Assembly: GCA_051867975.1 (NCBI GenBank)
Contig: JBJDZM010000002.1
Coordinates: 3,307 to 67,306 of the forward strand
DNA: 64,000 nucleotides
Reading direction: 5' to 3'
Origin: Eubacteriales bacterium
GTDB lineage: Bacteria > Bacillota > Clostridia > Oscillospirales > CAG-272
Made by a program: the position numbers and the translations under genes. The notes under the pieces were generated by a model. The model had not been told where the DNA came from. It saw only the letters and a list, made by a program, of their open reading frames with translations, and made no database searches. Of the stretch, positions 37,065 through 46,526 are shown piece by piece. Within the stretch, counting starts at the first letter, position 1, and each line of letters begins with the position of its first letter.

Positions 37065-37241
37065 TTAGTTTTCCTTATGTTCTTGTTTACCGTGCTTGCC
37101 GCATCCGCCGCAATTGCCCGTGCAATGCTTTCCGTGAGGGCAACCGATACACTTAGCACCTTTCTTCTTTTCTCTGACAATGTAAAAAATGGCAGCACCG
37201 ATAATCAGTAAAAGAACACATGCAACAATAAAATTTTCCAT
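37065..37241 (-). CDS. FeoB-associated Cys-rich membrane protein (58 aa)
   Basis: Below the ORF-track size cut-off. My translation is MENFIVACVLLLIIGAAIFYIVREKKKGAKCIGCPHGKHCTGNCGGCGKHGKQEHKEN. TAATG overlap with the feoB stop. Confidence 0.75.
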   Translation of the reverse strand: MENFIVACVLLLIIGAAIFYIVREKKKGAKCIGCPHGKHCTGNCGGCGKHGKQEHKEN

Positions 37242-39289
37242 TATGCGTTACCGAGAGCGTATTCCGCCTTCATTTTCCTGTTCGTGTTAATAATGAGACC
37301 GGCAATAATACCTGCGAATACGAGAACTGCCGCAAGGCCTGCAATAGCCGCACCGATGTTCAGGGTAGCGGGAGCAGTAATCAAAGTGCCAATGGTGTAA
37401 ACGAGATATCCGACAGTAAAACCTACTCCGAGCTGAAGTCCTATTGCTGCCCATACCCATTTGCCGCTCTTCATTTCGGAATTCATCGCGCCGATTGCCG
37501 CGAAGCAAGGAGGAGTGTAAAGGTTGAACATCAAATATGCAAGAGCCGCAACCTTGGAAATGGCAATAATACCTGCAATCTCAGCCCCGGCACCCTCCAT
37601 CATGGCGAGTTCTTCGGTATCAATGAGGTTCTCAAGCCCTACAAAGCAAACAGCCAGTGTGCCTACGACATTCTCTTTTGCGATAAAGCCTGTCACTGCT
37701 GCCGCCGCAAGCTGCCAGGAGAGAACTCCGACAACGGGAACGAGAAGGTAAGCAAAAGGAGTTGCAATGGTTGCAAGAATGGAGTCGCTTGCATTTTCTG
37801 CAACGGTAAACTGCCATGTAAAGGTCTGCATAACTTGAACGACCGTGTTGCAGAGGAGAATAATGGTCGCCGCCTTTACTATGTACGCCCATCCTCTGCC
37901 GCACATGGTCTTGAATGCGCCCCACAGAGAAGGCTTTTTGTATTCGGGAAGCTCGATAATAAAGAAAGACCTTCTTGCCTTATAGCCTGCAATTTTATTC
38001 ACGATAAACGCGCCTACGAAAATCAGCACGATACCGAGCAGATATACAGTCGCACTTACCCAACCTGAATTGTCGAAAAACGCACCTGCAAAAAGTGCAA
38101 TGACGGGAATTTTTGCGCCGCAAGGCATAAAGGGAGCAAGCATTGCAGTTGCTCTTCGTTCACGCTCGTTGCGGATGGTACGGCTCGCCATAATACCGGG
38201 AACGGCACAACCGATTGTGATTACGAAGGGAATGACCGACTTACCCGAAAGACCGACCTTCTTGAATATCGGGTCAAGCACAACGGCAACACGGGACATA
38301 TAACCGCAATCCTCGAGAATGGCGATGAGAAAGTACATAACCATAACGAGGGGCAAAAATCCGACAACGGCAATTACACCGCCGATGACACCGTCAACGA
38401 GCAGTGCCGAGAGAAGCGGATTGGCGTTTTCTAAGAGTCCGCCTACCCGGCCTTGGAACATTTCAAGAAGTGTAACAAGTCCGGGGATCGCCCATTCGTT
38501 TTCCGCGCCTTCATTGAAAACAATACCCTCTGCGATCCAAGTACCAAGCCATGTCTGCGAAATTTGGAACACGAGGAACATGACGACCGCGAAAATCGGA
38601 ATACCGAGCCACTTGTTTGTGAGTACCTTGTCAATCTTATCGCTGATATTTTTGTCTTTGGTCAGAACCTTACGTGTTTCAACCTCTTTTACAATTTTGT
38701 TGACGAACTCAAAACGCTTTCTGTCTGCCGCTTCAACGACTGCTTTGTCGGTCAAATCGATATCACCCTGATGATATGGCGCGTTTTGCGTGGTGTTCGC
38801 AACCGATGCCGCCGTCTCCACGACGGTCTTCAATCCGTCTTGTGTGGTAGAGGTCGTTTCAACGACAGGGCAACCGAGTTTGACGGACAATTTTGCGACA
38901 TCAATTTTAGTGTCCTTTTTCTTGTTAATATCGCTTTTGTTAAGAGCAACGACTACGGGAATACCAAGCTCCAAGAGTTGTGTTGTAAAGAAAAGGCTGC
39001 GGCTCAAGTTAGTCGCGTCCACGATGTTGATGATAACATCGGGATTTTCCTTCTTTACGTAGGAGCTTGTGATACTTTCCTCGCTTGTGAAAGGAGACAT
39101 GGAATAGGCACCCGGAAGGTCAACGGCAATCAGCTGCTCGCTTCCCCCGTAGTATGCCTTTTTGATGGGGTGTTCTTTCTTTTCTACGGTAACACCTGCC
39201 CAGTTGCCGACTTTTTCATTTCGACCGGTGAGGGCATTATACATCGTGGTCTTACCGGAGTTCGGGTTTCCTGTTAAAGCAATTCTCAT
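37241..39289 (-). CDS. feoB: Ferrous iron transport protein B
   Basis: Preferred start MRIALTGNPNSGKTT follows AAGGAGGAAG. G-domain plus a polytopic gate/nucleoside-recognition membrane domain. Confidence 0.95.
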   Translation of the reverse strand: MRIALTGNPNSGKTTMYNALTGRNEKVGNWAGVTVEKKEHPIKKAYYGGSEQLIAVDLPGAYSMSPFTSEESITSSYVKKENPDVIINIVDATNLSRSLFFTTQLLELGIPVVVALNKSDINKKKDTKIDVAKLSVKLGCPVVETTSTTQDGLKTVVETAASVANTTQNAPYHQGDIDLTDKAVVEAADRKRFEFVNKIVKEVETRKVLTKDKNISDKIDKVLTNKWLGIPIFAVVMFLVFQISQTWLGTWIAEGIVFNEGAENEWAIPGLVTLLEMFQGRVGGLLENANPLLSALLVDGVIGGVIAVVGFLPLVMVMYFLIAILEDCGYMSRVAVVLDPIFKKVGLSGKSVIPFVITIGCAVPGIMASRTIRNERERRATAMLAPFMPCGAKIPVIALFAGAFFDNSGWVSATVYLLGIVLIFVGAFIVNKIAGYKARRSFFIIELPEYKKPSLWGAFKTMCGRGWAYIVKAATIILLCNTVVQVMQTFTWQFTVAENASDSILATIATPFAYLLVPVVGVLSWQLAAAAVTGFIAKENVVGTLAVCFVGLENLIDTEELAMMEGAGAEIAGIIAISKVAALAYLMFNLYTPPCFAAIGAMNSEMKSGKWVWAAIGLQLGVGFTVGYLVYTIGTLITAPATLNIGAAIAGLAAVLVFAGIIAGLIINTNRKMKAEYALGNA

Positions 39290-39359
39290 ATTTGCTTCCT
39301 CCTTAAATATGATAATGATATGGTCAATCAGTCCCGTGGGACTTGGTTGCAAATTTTAA

Positions 39360-39414
39360 GTTAGCAACTGCTAACTAACGGCTTTTATATAAGCCGATGT
39401 TAGCAATCGCTAAC
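39360..39414. promoter_or_regulatory. Pair of 16-bp palindromic operators in the feoA-feoB spacer
   Basis: GTTAGCAACTGCTAAC (39360-39375) and GTTAGCAATCGCTAAC (39399-39414), flanking the hairpin CGGCTTTTATATAAGCCG. Confidence 0.6.
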
Positions 39415-39465
39415 ACATCGGCAAAAATAAAACGCGCCCGTGGCAAGCGTAAACTTGCCCAATAT

Positions 39466-39678
39466 TCATACTCGAATCGCCTGCGCCAGGTGCATATCGA
39501 TATTGTATCTGCCGTCCTTAATCGAGACAACACAGCTTTTTTTGAGACGGGAAACGACCGTAACCGTCTCGCCGCTGTAACAACCGAGAGAGAACAGAAA
39601 GGCATTGAGTTCCTCATCATCGGTATCTATTTGATTGATGGTATATTCCCTTCCTTCTTCCGCTTCCCAAAGAGTCAT
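39466..39678 (-). CDS. feoA: FeoA family protein
   Basis: 70 aa, SH3-like FeoA pattern (L.....G....I..I......L...L...G...G..V.V). Confidence 0.85.
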   Translation of the reverse strand: MTLWEAEEGREYTINQIDTDDEELNAFLFSLGCYSGETVTVVSRLKKSCVVSIKDGRYNIDMHLAQAIRV

Positions 39679-39715
39679 CTTTCTTACCTCTTACAATTAG
39701 TTTTTCTTCACACCT

Positions 39716-39803
39716 GTTAGCAATTGCTAACAACCGTGCTTAAAAATTTGTTAGCAACTGCTAACACGCTTGTCATTATATCACGATTTTTTCATGATGT
39801 CAA
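39716..39803 (-). promoter_or_regulatory. feoA promoter with two downstream 16-bp palindromic operators
   Basis: Minus strand: TTGACA (comp 39798-39803), 17 nt, then TGATATAAT (-10 at comp 39775-39780). Operators GTTAGCAACTGCTAAC (39750-39765) and GTTAGCAATTGCTAAC (39716-39731) lie just downstream of the -10. Confidence 0.65.
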
Positions 39804-39838
39804 TAGTTTTTTCAAAAAAAATTATCAATTTTGAAATG

Positions 39839-39867
39839 TTGACTAATTAACCAATTTATGATATAAT
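39839..39867 (+). promoter_or_regulatory. Sigma-A promoter of the DtxR-family regulator gene
   Basis: TTGACT (39839-39844), 17 nt, then TGATATAAT with the -10 at 39862-39867. Confidence 0.6.
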
Positions 39868-39915
39868 TCTTATATATAGAATTATACGAAATCATTACTC
39901 ATTGAGGTAAATTTT

Positions 39916-40287
39916 ATGTCACTTAAAGAATCGGGCGAGATGTATCTCGAAACCATATATATTTTAAGCAAAAAGAGTTCTGCCGTGCGCTCCGTTGACA
40001 TTGCAGAATATATGAATTATACCAGAGCAAGTGTCAGCCGCGGCGTTGGACTTCTCAAAAAACACGGGCTTATAGATGTTGATAAAAACGGGTTTGTTAC
40101 GCTGACCGTGGAAGGTATGGTAGCGGCAAAAAAAATTATGGAACGTCACGAGGTTTTGACAGATATGCTGGTACGTCTCGGCATTGACGAGGCAACTGCT
40201 GCAAAAGATGCCTGCCGCATGGAACACGTCATCAGCGACGAGACATTTCACGGAATTAAAGAGCACTATGCAAAATATAACAAGTAG
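39916..40287 (+). CDS. DtxR family metal-dependent transcriptional regulator (short form)
   Basis: ESGEMYLETIYILSKK...VRSVDIAEYMNYTRASVSRGVGLLKKHGLI followed by a dimerisation helix with RHEVL and EH residues. Divergent from feoA. Confidence 0.8.
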   Translation: MSLKESGEMYLETIYILSKKSSAVRSVDIAEYMNYTRASVSRGVGLLKKHGLIDVDKNGFVTLTVEGMVAAKKIMERHEVLTDMLVRLGIDEATAAKDACRMEHVISDETFHGIKEHYAKYNK

Positions 40288-40375
40288 TATAAAAGCAAGG
40301 GCTTTTTCGCCCTTGCCTTTGCTTTCACTATACAAAAGTCGAATAACTCCTCGGGATTTTTCGACTTTTTCTTTT

Positions 40376-41026
40376 TTATTTCTCGTCAAGGAAAACAACT
40401 ATCTTTCTGTTGTTTTCGCTTCCGATAGAGTTTGTGGATACTCCCTCGATCTTCTGGATCTCGGAGTGAATTATCCTTCTCTCGTATGGGTTCATAGGCT
40501 CAAGCATAACGCTCTTTTTCTGCTTAAGCACTCTGTCTGCCATTCTTCTTGCAAGCGTGCGGAGCGTTTCCTCACGTCTTGCGCGGTAATTCTCCGCATC
40601 TACGGATATCTTTACGTAGGGAGGCTTTACACCGTCAACTCTCTTGTTCGCCGCAAGATTTGCAAGGTACTGAAGAGAATCAAGTGTATCTCCGTGATGA
40701 CCGATAAGCACGCCTGCTCCCTCGCCCTGAATGTCGATGAGCTTGCAGTCCTTGTCTCCGCCCTCAACGTCCTTCATCTCAACGGTTACGTCAAGTCCCA
40801 TATCCTGTACGAGCTGATTTATGAAATTGAGCGCGAATATCTCGCCTTTATATACTCTCTTTGCGCTGATCTTTGCGGGAGCGGCACCGATGCCGAAGAT
40901 TCCCTTTCGGGGCTCCTCAACAACCGTGTACTCGATCTCCTGTGCGCTCTTTACGCCAAACTCGGATACAGCGGCGGCAACGGCATCTTCAACCGTTTTG
41001 CCTGTTGTAATTATTTCGTTATTCAC
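40376..41026 (-). CDS. jag: RNA-binding protein Jag/KhpB (Jag_N, KH, R3H)
   Basis: N-terminus GKTVEDAVAAAVSEFG and R3H motif LEPMNPYERRIIHSEIQ. Downstream of yidC. Confidence 0.85.
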   Translation of the reverse strand: MNNEIITTGKTVEDAVAAAVSEFGVKSAQEIEYTVVEEPRKGIFGIGAAPAKISAKRVYKGEIFALNFINQLVQDMGLDVTVEMKDVEGGDKDCKLIDIQGEGAGVLIGHHGDTLDSLQYLANLAANKRVDGVKPPYVKISVDAENYRARREETLRTLARRMADRVLKQKKSVMLEPMNPYERRIIHSEIQKIEGVSTNSIGSENNRKIVVFLDEK

Positions 41027-41056
41027 TGTTTTTTCTCCTATTGATGCGTTGTTCGC

Positions 41057-42463
41057 TTATTCTTTTTTGTCTTCTTTTTCTTCTTTGCCTTTTTTGCCGA
41101 AAAGACGGGGCTTTTTCTCTTTCTTGTCGCTCTCGTCCTTAAGAGCCGCGCCCTCTGTCATTTTGTTATCGGCAACCTTTTCCTCGGCTTTTGTCTCAAA
41201 TACCTCTTCTTCGGGAGCCTTCGGACAGTAGTTTCCGTTTTCGTCGTAGTCCTCGTCATCAATGTGATGGAGCGAACGAACGGTTCCCGCTCTTTCGGAC
41301 TTGACGATCTTCTTAGGCGGCTGTTTGCCGAACATTTCTTTTTCCGCCGCCTTGTAATCCTCCTCCGTAAATGTGGGAAGGGGCATAACACGGCTCATAA
41401 TGAACTGCTTTAAGACTCCGATAATACTCTTGAACATCCAATATACACCGACTGCTCCGGGAACGATGAACGTCATCCATACGCTCATAAGCGGCATTGT
41501 GATGTCCATCATGTTGTTAGAGCAAGCCTGCTGACGGTCGTCAGCGCTTTGTGTGGGCTGGAAGGAGAGCTTTCTGTTTAACTTCATCGAGCCGAAGTAG
41601 ACGACGAATGTAAGCACGGGTATCACAAGCAGCCATCCGTTTACTGTTGAGAAATCAAACGAAGGCGTAAGTCCGAGGTTCAAGGGACCTACGTTGAAGT
41701 TTGCGGGGATCTCGCTTATTCTTCGTACCTCATCAAATACCTCTGCGCCGTTCGCACAGTAGTTCTGAATTCCGGCAAATGCATCCGCGCCAAGCTCTTT
41801 TATCTTACTGAATATCTCAATAGAGCCGTTTGTAGCCGTGAGCTTGAGTCCGAGCCCCCCGTCCGCTGCGGACGCGGTAATGTAGGAGTGAAGCACGCTG
41901 ATAAGCTCTCTTGAGCCTCCGCATACGTACTGTATCGGGTCAACTACGAGCCAATAAAGCACGATGATTATCGGGAACTGTATGAGAAGAGGAAGACAAC
42001 CGCCCATGGGGTTGAAGTTTTCCTTCTGGTAAAGCTCCTGGATCTCCTGCGTGAGCTTTTGTTTTGTTGCCTGGTCGTTTCTTCCGGCATACTTCTTTCT
42101 GATTGCCATCTCTTTGGGTCTGAGCATAGCCTGCTTTATCGAGTTCTTCTGCTGTTTTATTGCAAAAGGAAGCATGATTATCTCAAGCATTATCGCAAAG
42201 ACAAAGAGGGTCAGAATGTAGCTGTTTGCCGGCATAATGCTCGTGATCCAGTTGAGGAATATACCGATGTAGGAAAGGAGCTTATCGAGAAAGCCTGTCG
42301 AAGGGGCAATCTCAACCGTCTCGTCTTTCCAATCCGCAGGTTTCTTTGACGTATCGATGATAGTATTGCTTGCGCATCCCGTCATAACGACAGCCAATAC
42401 CGCCAAAAGTGCGAGAATAAGCGCAATTTTTGGCAACATTTTTCTGATTTTTTGCATGTTCAT
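41057..42463 (-). CDS. yidC: YidC/Oxa1 family membrane protein insertase (lipoprotein type) with long charged C-tail
   Basis: Preferred start MNMQKIRK follows AGAGGA. Lipobox VMTGC. Motifs MLRPKEMAIRKKY and NPMGGCLPLLIQFPI. ~110-aa Lys/Glu/Asp-rich tail. Confidence 0.85.
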   Translation of the reverse strand: MNMQKIRKMLPKIALILALLAVLAVVMTGCASNTIIDTSKKPADWKDETVEIAPSTGFLDKLLSYIGIFLNWITSIMPANSYILTLFVFAIMLEIIMLPFAIKQQKNSIKQAMLRPKEMAIRKKYAGRNDQATKQKLTQEIQELYQKENFNPMGGCLPLLIQFPIIIVLYWLVVDPIQYVCGGSRELISVLHSYITASAADGGLGLKLTATNGSIEIFSKIKELGADAFAGIQNYCANGAEVFDEVRRISEIPANFNVGPLNLGLTPSFDFSTVNGWLLVIPVLTFVVYFGSMKLNRKLSFQPTQSADDRQQACSNNMMDITMPLMSVWMTFIVPGAVGVYWMFKSIIGVLKQFIMSRVMPLPTFTEEDYKAAEKEMFGKQPPKKIVKSERAGTVRSLHHIDDEDYDENGNYCPKAPEEEVFETKAEEKVADNKMTEGAALKDESDKKEKKPRLFGKKGKEEKEDKKE

Positions 42464-42470
42464 TGCTAAT

Positions 42471-42827
42471 TTAGTCCTCTCGTTTTTTCTTTTTCTTTGG
42501 ACTCTTTTCGCGGTCGTCAAGCTCAAGTTCGTAGTTGAAAACGAACCTGTCGCCGTCACCGCTGCCATTTTGGAAAGTCTCATCATCCCCGCCCTTTTTA
42601 CTTCTGAGTCCCGTCAAGGGGACGGGATCATATCCGCCGGGACAAAACGGGTTGCAGCGAAAAATTCGCGTTACCATCAAATAAAACCCGACGAAAAAGC
42701 CTCGTTTCTCAAACGCCTCCAGGGCATAGGCTGAGCATGTAGGCGTGAACCTACAGCAGGGCTTCGATTTTAAGGGAGATAAAAATTTTCTGTAAAAGCG
42801 TATCAAAGCCATACAAATGTGCTTCAT
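42471..42827 (-). CDS. yidD: Membrane protein insertion efficiency factor YidD with a C-terminal extension
   Basis: [11 protein letters not shown]...[14 protein letters not shown]...RCNPF..GGYDPVP is the YidD signature. About 48 extra C-terminal residues. Confidence 0.8.
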   Translation of the reverse strand: MKHICMALIRFYRKFLSPLKSKPCCRFTPTCSAYALEAFEKRGFFVGFYLMVTRIFRCNPFCPGGYDPVPLTGLRSKKGGDDETFQNGSGDGDRFVFNYELELDDREKSPKKKKKRED

Positions 42828-42833
42828 CTGTAA

Positions 42834-43214
42834 TTATTCCCCATGTTTTTCAAGCATATCAAGCTTTTTGAACGCATATCTCAGTTCGCCTTGGATCTCG
42901 GGACTCTTTCTCCCTGCGATCTCGGGCTTTGCGCTGACCACAATGAGGTATCCTTTGCGCAATTTGTCCTCAAGCGGAGCGTATGCAGCTCTGATGATCC
43001 TTTTTGCTCTGTTCCTCTTGACTGCCGTGCCTATCTTCTTCGACACAGAGATGCCGAATCTGTTTACCATGACCTTAAGAGGGTGACTTTTCTGCAAAAG
43101 CCTCGCATGCGTGTCCTTCAGGACATACACACAGACGTATCTGCCGAAAAACCGTTTGCTTGACCGATATGTCTTGTTATAAAGATGGTGTTCCTTGATT
43201 GCGGGAAATTTCAT
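42834..43214 (-). CDS. rnpA: Ribonuclease P protein component
   Basis: AVKRNRAKRIIRAAY motif. Preferred start MKFPAIKE sits 8 nt after AGAGG. The ORF track begins at a GTG at 43223. Confidence 0.85.
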   Translation of the reverse strand: MKFPAIKEHHLYNKTYRSSKRFFGRYVCVYVLKDTHARLLQKSHPLKVMVNRFGISVSKKIGTAVKRNRAKRIIRAAYAPLEDKLRKGYLIVVSAKPEIAGRKSPEIQGELRYAFKKLDMLEKHGE

Positions 43215-43479
43215 GGGCATCACCTCTAAAAAATAGTCTTGCGCTTCCGTGTTTTTAATTTTAATAATGCATGTCAGTTTACATTATTCCCTCATTGTTC
43301 CGATATAGATGCCCGAGGGTAGGCTTTTTAACGATTATTTAAATACTGTTTTTTACAAATTTGTATTATTCTGTAAAAACTTTCAAACAGCAAAAACCCC
43401 GATGACTGCCGCATTTACGAAAAAAATCGAATCAGCACTTGTCATCGGCGTTTTTATGAATATTGGGGCAACTGAAAAA

Positions 43480-43614
43480 TCAGTGAGTAAGTCTCTTTCT
43501 GCCCTTTGCGCGGCGTCTCTTAAGAACTGCTCTGCCGTCTGCAGTTTTCATTCTCTTTCTGAAGCCATGCTCCTTTTTTCTCTGACGCTTTTTGGGTTGA
43601 TAAGTTCTGAGCAT
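43480..43614 (-). CDS. rpmH: 50S ribosomal protein L34
   Basis: [44 protein letters not shown], preceded by AAGGAGGTG. The ORF-track entry 43480-43689 is an upstream extension. Confidence 0.95.
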   Translation of the reverse strand: MLRTYQPKKRQRKKEHGFRKRMKTADGRAVLKRRRAKGRKRLTH

Positions 43615-43812
43615 TAATCTGCACCTCCTTGAATAATAGATCGGAAGCGTTTTAGTCTGCGGTCGGCACGATCCCGACCGAAATAGCATCTGCTATTTAC
43701 GCTTTTACACAATGACATTCCATATTATACACGATGAGATATGCTTTTGTCAAGGGTTTTTTTGAATTTTTTTGGTTTTTTTGCTTTTATCGCATAGATC
43801 GAGGTATTATTT

Positions 43813-45231
43813 TCATTCGGGGATCCGTGCAATGATCTTCCTGTAAATGAAGATGAAGAACACAGAACTCACTATGACCGATGCTATCTCGGCTATCGGG
43901 AAGGACCACCAGACCGCTGCCGCATCTCCGAAGCTTGCCAAAAGATAGGCTACGGGTATCAGTACAAGCAGCTGGCGCGCGATAGAAACAAACATCGAAT
44001 AAACACTCTTTCCGAGTGCCTGGAATACCGAACCGATTATGATGCAGAATCCCGCAAAAACAAAGGAAAGCGAGATGATACGCAGGCAAGGCACCGCTAT
44101 GCTAAGAGTTGCGGGATCGGTCATGTTGAAAAATCCGAGCAAAATCTTGGGGAAAAACTGAAAGGCAACAGTGCCGAGCGCCATATATCCGACGGAATAA
44201 AGTATTCCGAGCTTGACGGTTCCCATCATTCTCTTTCTCTTCTGCGCCCCGAAGTTATACGCCACTATCGGAACGATTCCGTTATTGAGTCCGAATATCG
44301 GCATAAATATGAAGCTTTGAAGCTTAAAATAAACGCCGAAGGCATTTTGCGAAAGTTGTCCTACCGTCTGTCCTGTTCCCTCCGCTATCTCGTTAAATCC
44401 GTTGAGTATTCCGTTGAAGAGAACATTCATGACCGAGCCTATCGATGCCATGACGATCGACGGGATGCCGATAGCGTAGATCCTTCCGATTATTCTTGCA
44501 CTTGGTATGAATCCTTTTATCGAGAGATCTATCTCCCTGTTGAATTTGGCATTGAGTACGATTGCAAGAATAAATGCAACGACCTGACCGATAACCGTCG
44601 CTATCGCCGCTCCCTTGATGCCGAGTCCGAGTGTGAAAATGAATACGGGGTCGAGCAGGATATTGATTATCGCTCCGACACCCTGAGTTACCATGGCAAG
44701 GTGAGTTTTTCCGGTCGATATCATCAGTCTCTCCATGACGATCTGTCCGAAAATTCCGAACGAGAAGATATAACAGATTGAAAGATAATCGACGCCTGCC
44801 GAAATGACCTTTTCATTGCCTGTCATCCACGTCATGTAGGTTCTCATGCATGTAAAGCCGAGGAAGAGGAACACTATATAGCTGCACAAAGCCAAAAATA
44901 CGCCGTTTGAAGCGACACGGTTTGCGCCCTTTTGGTCCTTTTCGCCGAGGGCTTTTGAAAGCAGAGCGTTTATACCTACACCCGTACCCGTTGCAACGGC
45001 TATCATGAAGTTTTGCGCCGCGAACGCGAGCGATATTGCGGTAAGCTCGTTTTGCTCCGCCGATATCCTTGCGACATAGAGGCTGTCGACGATGTTATAG
45101 AGTGCCTGCACGAGCATTGATATAACCATGGGCAACGCCATGGTCAATAGCAGTTTATTTACGGGCATGGTGCCCATTTTGTTTTCCTTTGGCGGTTCCG
45201 TATGAATTGCCGCCGCATCATTTTGTGACAT
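43813..45231 (-). CDS. MATE family efflux transporter
   Basis: 12-TM protein with N-terminus PVNKLLLTMALPMVISMLVQALYNIVDSLYVARI. Confidence 0.85.
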   Translation of the reverse strand: MSQNDAAAIHTEPPKENKMGTMPVNKLLLTMALPMVISMLVQALYNIVDSLYVARISAEQNELTAISLAFAAQNFMIAVATGTGVGINALLSKALGEKDQKGANRVASNGVFLALCSYIVFLFLGFTCMRTYMTWMTGNEKVISAGVDYLSICYIFSFGIFGQIVMERLMISTGKTHLAMVTQGVGAIINILLDPVFIFTLGLGIKGAAIATVIGQVVAFILAIVLNAKFNREIDLSIKGFIPSARIIGRIYAIGIPSIVMASIGSVMNVLFNGILNGFNEIAEGTGQTVGQLSQNAFGVYFKLQSFIFMPIFGLNNGIVPIVAYNFGAQKRKRMMGTVKLGILYSVGYMALGTVAFQFFPKILLGFFNMTDPATLSIAVPCLRIISLSFVFAGFCIIIGSVFQALGKSVYSMFVSIARQLLVLIPVAYLLASFGDAAAVWWSFPIAEIASVIVSSVFFIFIYRKIIARIPE

Positions 45232-45337
45232 TTTTTTATCCTTTTTTTACAAATGCGCATTTTTTCCTAAAATGCGGAACAGAAATATGATAACATATTA
45301 TTTTGTACTTGTCAATAGCGAAATTTTGCCTTATCCC

Positions 45338-45366
45338 TTGACGTAAATAGCACTAAATGATATAAT
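45338..45366 (+). promoter_or_regulatory. Sigma-A promoter of holA
   Basis: TTGACG (45338-45343), 17 nt, TATAAT (45361-45366). Confidence 0.55.
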
Positions 45367-45399
45367 TATACTGTATTTTGGTGAGAGGAGGAATAAAAA

Positions 45400-46428
45400 A
45401 TGCACGCCATTATCAAAGAAGCTGATTTTCGCAAGGAGATAAAGAGTACTCCTGCGTCGGGATACCTTTTCTTCGGCGACGAGGATTACATGAAAAAGTT
45501 TGCGCTTGATACGGCTGTCTCGGCTCTCTCTCCCGAGCCTGCATTTTCGTTCTTCAACGAGATTCGCCTTGACTCATTTTCCTACTCGCCCGAGGCTCTT
45601 GTTGACGCACTGATGCCTGCTCCCATGATGGCTGATCGCAAGATAGTCATTCTCTCGGGGCTTGACTTCACGGCGATGAAGCAGGGGGAGCTTGACCTGC
45701 TTTGCAAGGCTCTCGAATCGCTTGGCGAATATGACTACAACACTCTAATAATCAACACGAGTGCCGACCGCTTTGATCCGGGATTATTGCCGAAAAAACC
45801 GTCAAATACTCTTCAGAAGCTCTCGGAGTATCTTGTCCCTGTTCAGTTTGAGAAAAACTCGCCCGCACGGCTTGCCTCTTGGGTTGAAAAGCATCTTGAA
45901 CACAACGGAGTGAACGCCTCTCCCGATGTCTGCTCGTTTATTATCGAGCGGTGCGGCAGGGATATGTTCAATCTCGCAAACGAGACGGACAAGTTATCGT
46001 TCTACGTCCTGTCCGAGGGGAGGCAGGAGGTCACCAGGAAGGATGTTCTGACAGTAGCAATACCCGTCGGCGAATACGATGCCTTTGCTTTCACAAATGC
46101 CATCGGTGCGAGAAGACGGGACGATGCGCTTGAAATCTTGCGCGACATGAAGGGGAGAAAGCTTGACCCGATAATCATTATCAGTGAGATAACACGAACT
46201 GTCTGCGAGATGCTAACGGTGGCAATTATGCGTGCCGACGGGTTTACTCAAAAAGAGATATCCGAAAAAACAAAGATACATGAATACCGCGTAGGTGTTA
46301 TCATGCGAACTCTCCCCGATGAGGAAATGTGCAAGCGGATGCTCAGCCGCTGCAGTGATGCCGACCTTGAAATAAAATCCTCGCGCGACGGCTACGCAGT
46401 GCTTGAAAGGCTTATTTGCACAATATAA
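45400..46428 (+). CDS. holA: DNA polymerase III subunit delta
   Basis: 342 aa. N-terminus YLFFGDEDYMKKFAL. Size and overall pattern fit HolA. Confidence 0.65.
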   Translation: MHAIIKEADFRKEIKSTPASGYLFFGDEDYMKKFALDTAVSALSPEPAFSFFNEIRLDSFSYSPEALVDALMPAPMMADRKIVILSGLDFTAMKQGELDLLCKALESLGEYDYNTLIINTSADRFDPGLLPKKPSNTLQKLSEYLVPVQFEKNSPARLASWVEKHLEHNGVNASPDVCSFIIERCGRDMFNLANETDKLSFYVLSEGRQEVTRKDVLTVAIPVGEYDAFAFTNAIGARRRDDALEILRDMKGRKLDPIIIISEITRTVCEMLTVAIMRADGFTQKEISEKTKIHEYRVGVIMRTLPDEEMCKRMLSRCSDADLEIKSSRDGYAVLERLICTI

Positions 46429-46443
46429 GTCGATAAAAAACTA

Positions 46444-46472
46444 TTGACAAATAAAAAAAGATAGTATATAAT
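46444..46472 (+). promoter_or_regulatory. Sigma-A promoter of the HPr-like gene
   Basis: TTGACA (46444-46449), 17 nt, TATAAT (46467-46472). Confidence 0.55.
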
Positions 46473-46526
46473 TATCTCGGTCATCTTCCATGGGAAGAAA
46501 TATATTAATTCGGAAAGGAAAAAATT

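Noticed and set aside
36998-37198. 66-aa minus-strand ORF
   Set aside because: A different frame in the same place encodes a recognisable FeoB-associated Cys-rich membrane peptide coupled to the feoB stop.
40184-41044. 286-aa plus-strand ORF
   Set aside because: It lies antisense to jag and overlaps the 3' end of the DtxR-family gene. It has no motifs.
43615-43812. oriC / DnaA-box cluster upstream of rpmH
   Set aside because: I found only one weak 7/9 match to TTATCCACA by eye, and no dnaA gene is adjacent. The region seems to hold only the rpmH promoter and a leader hairpin.
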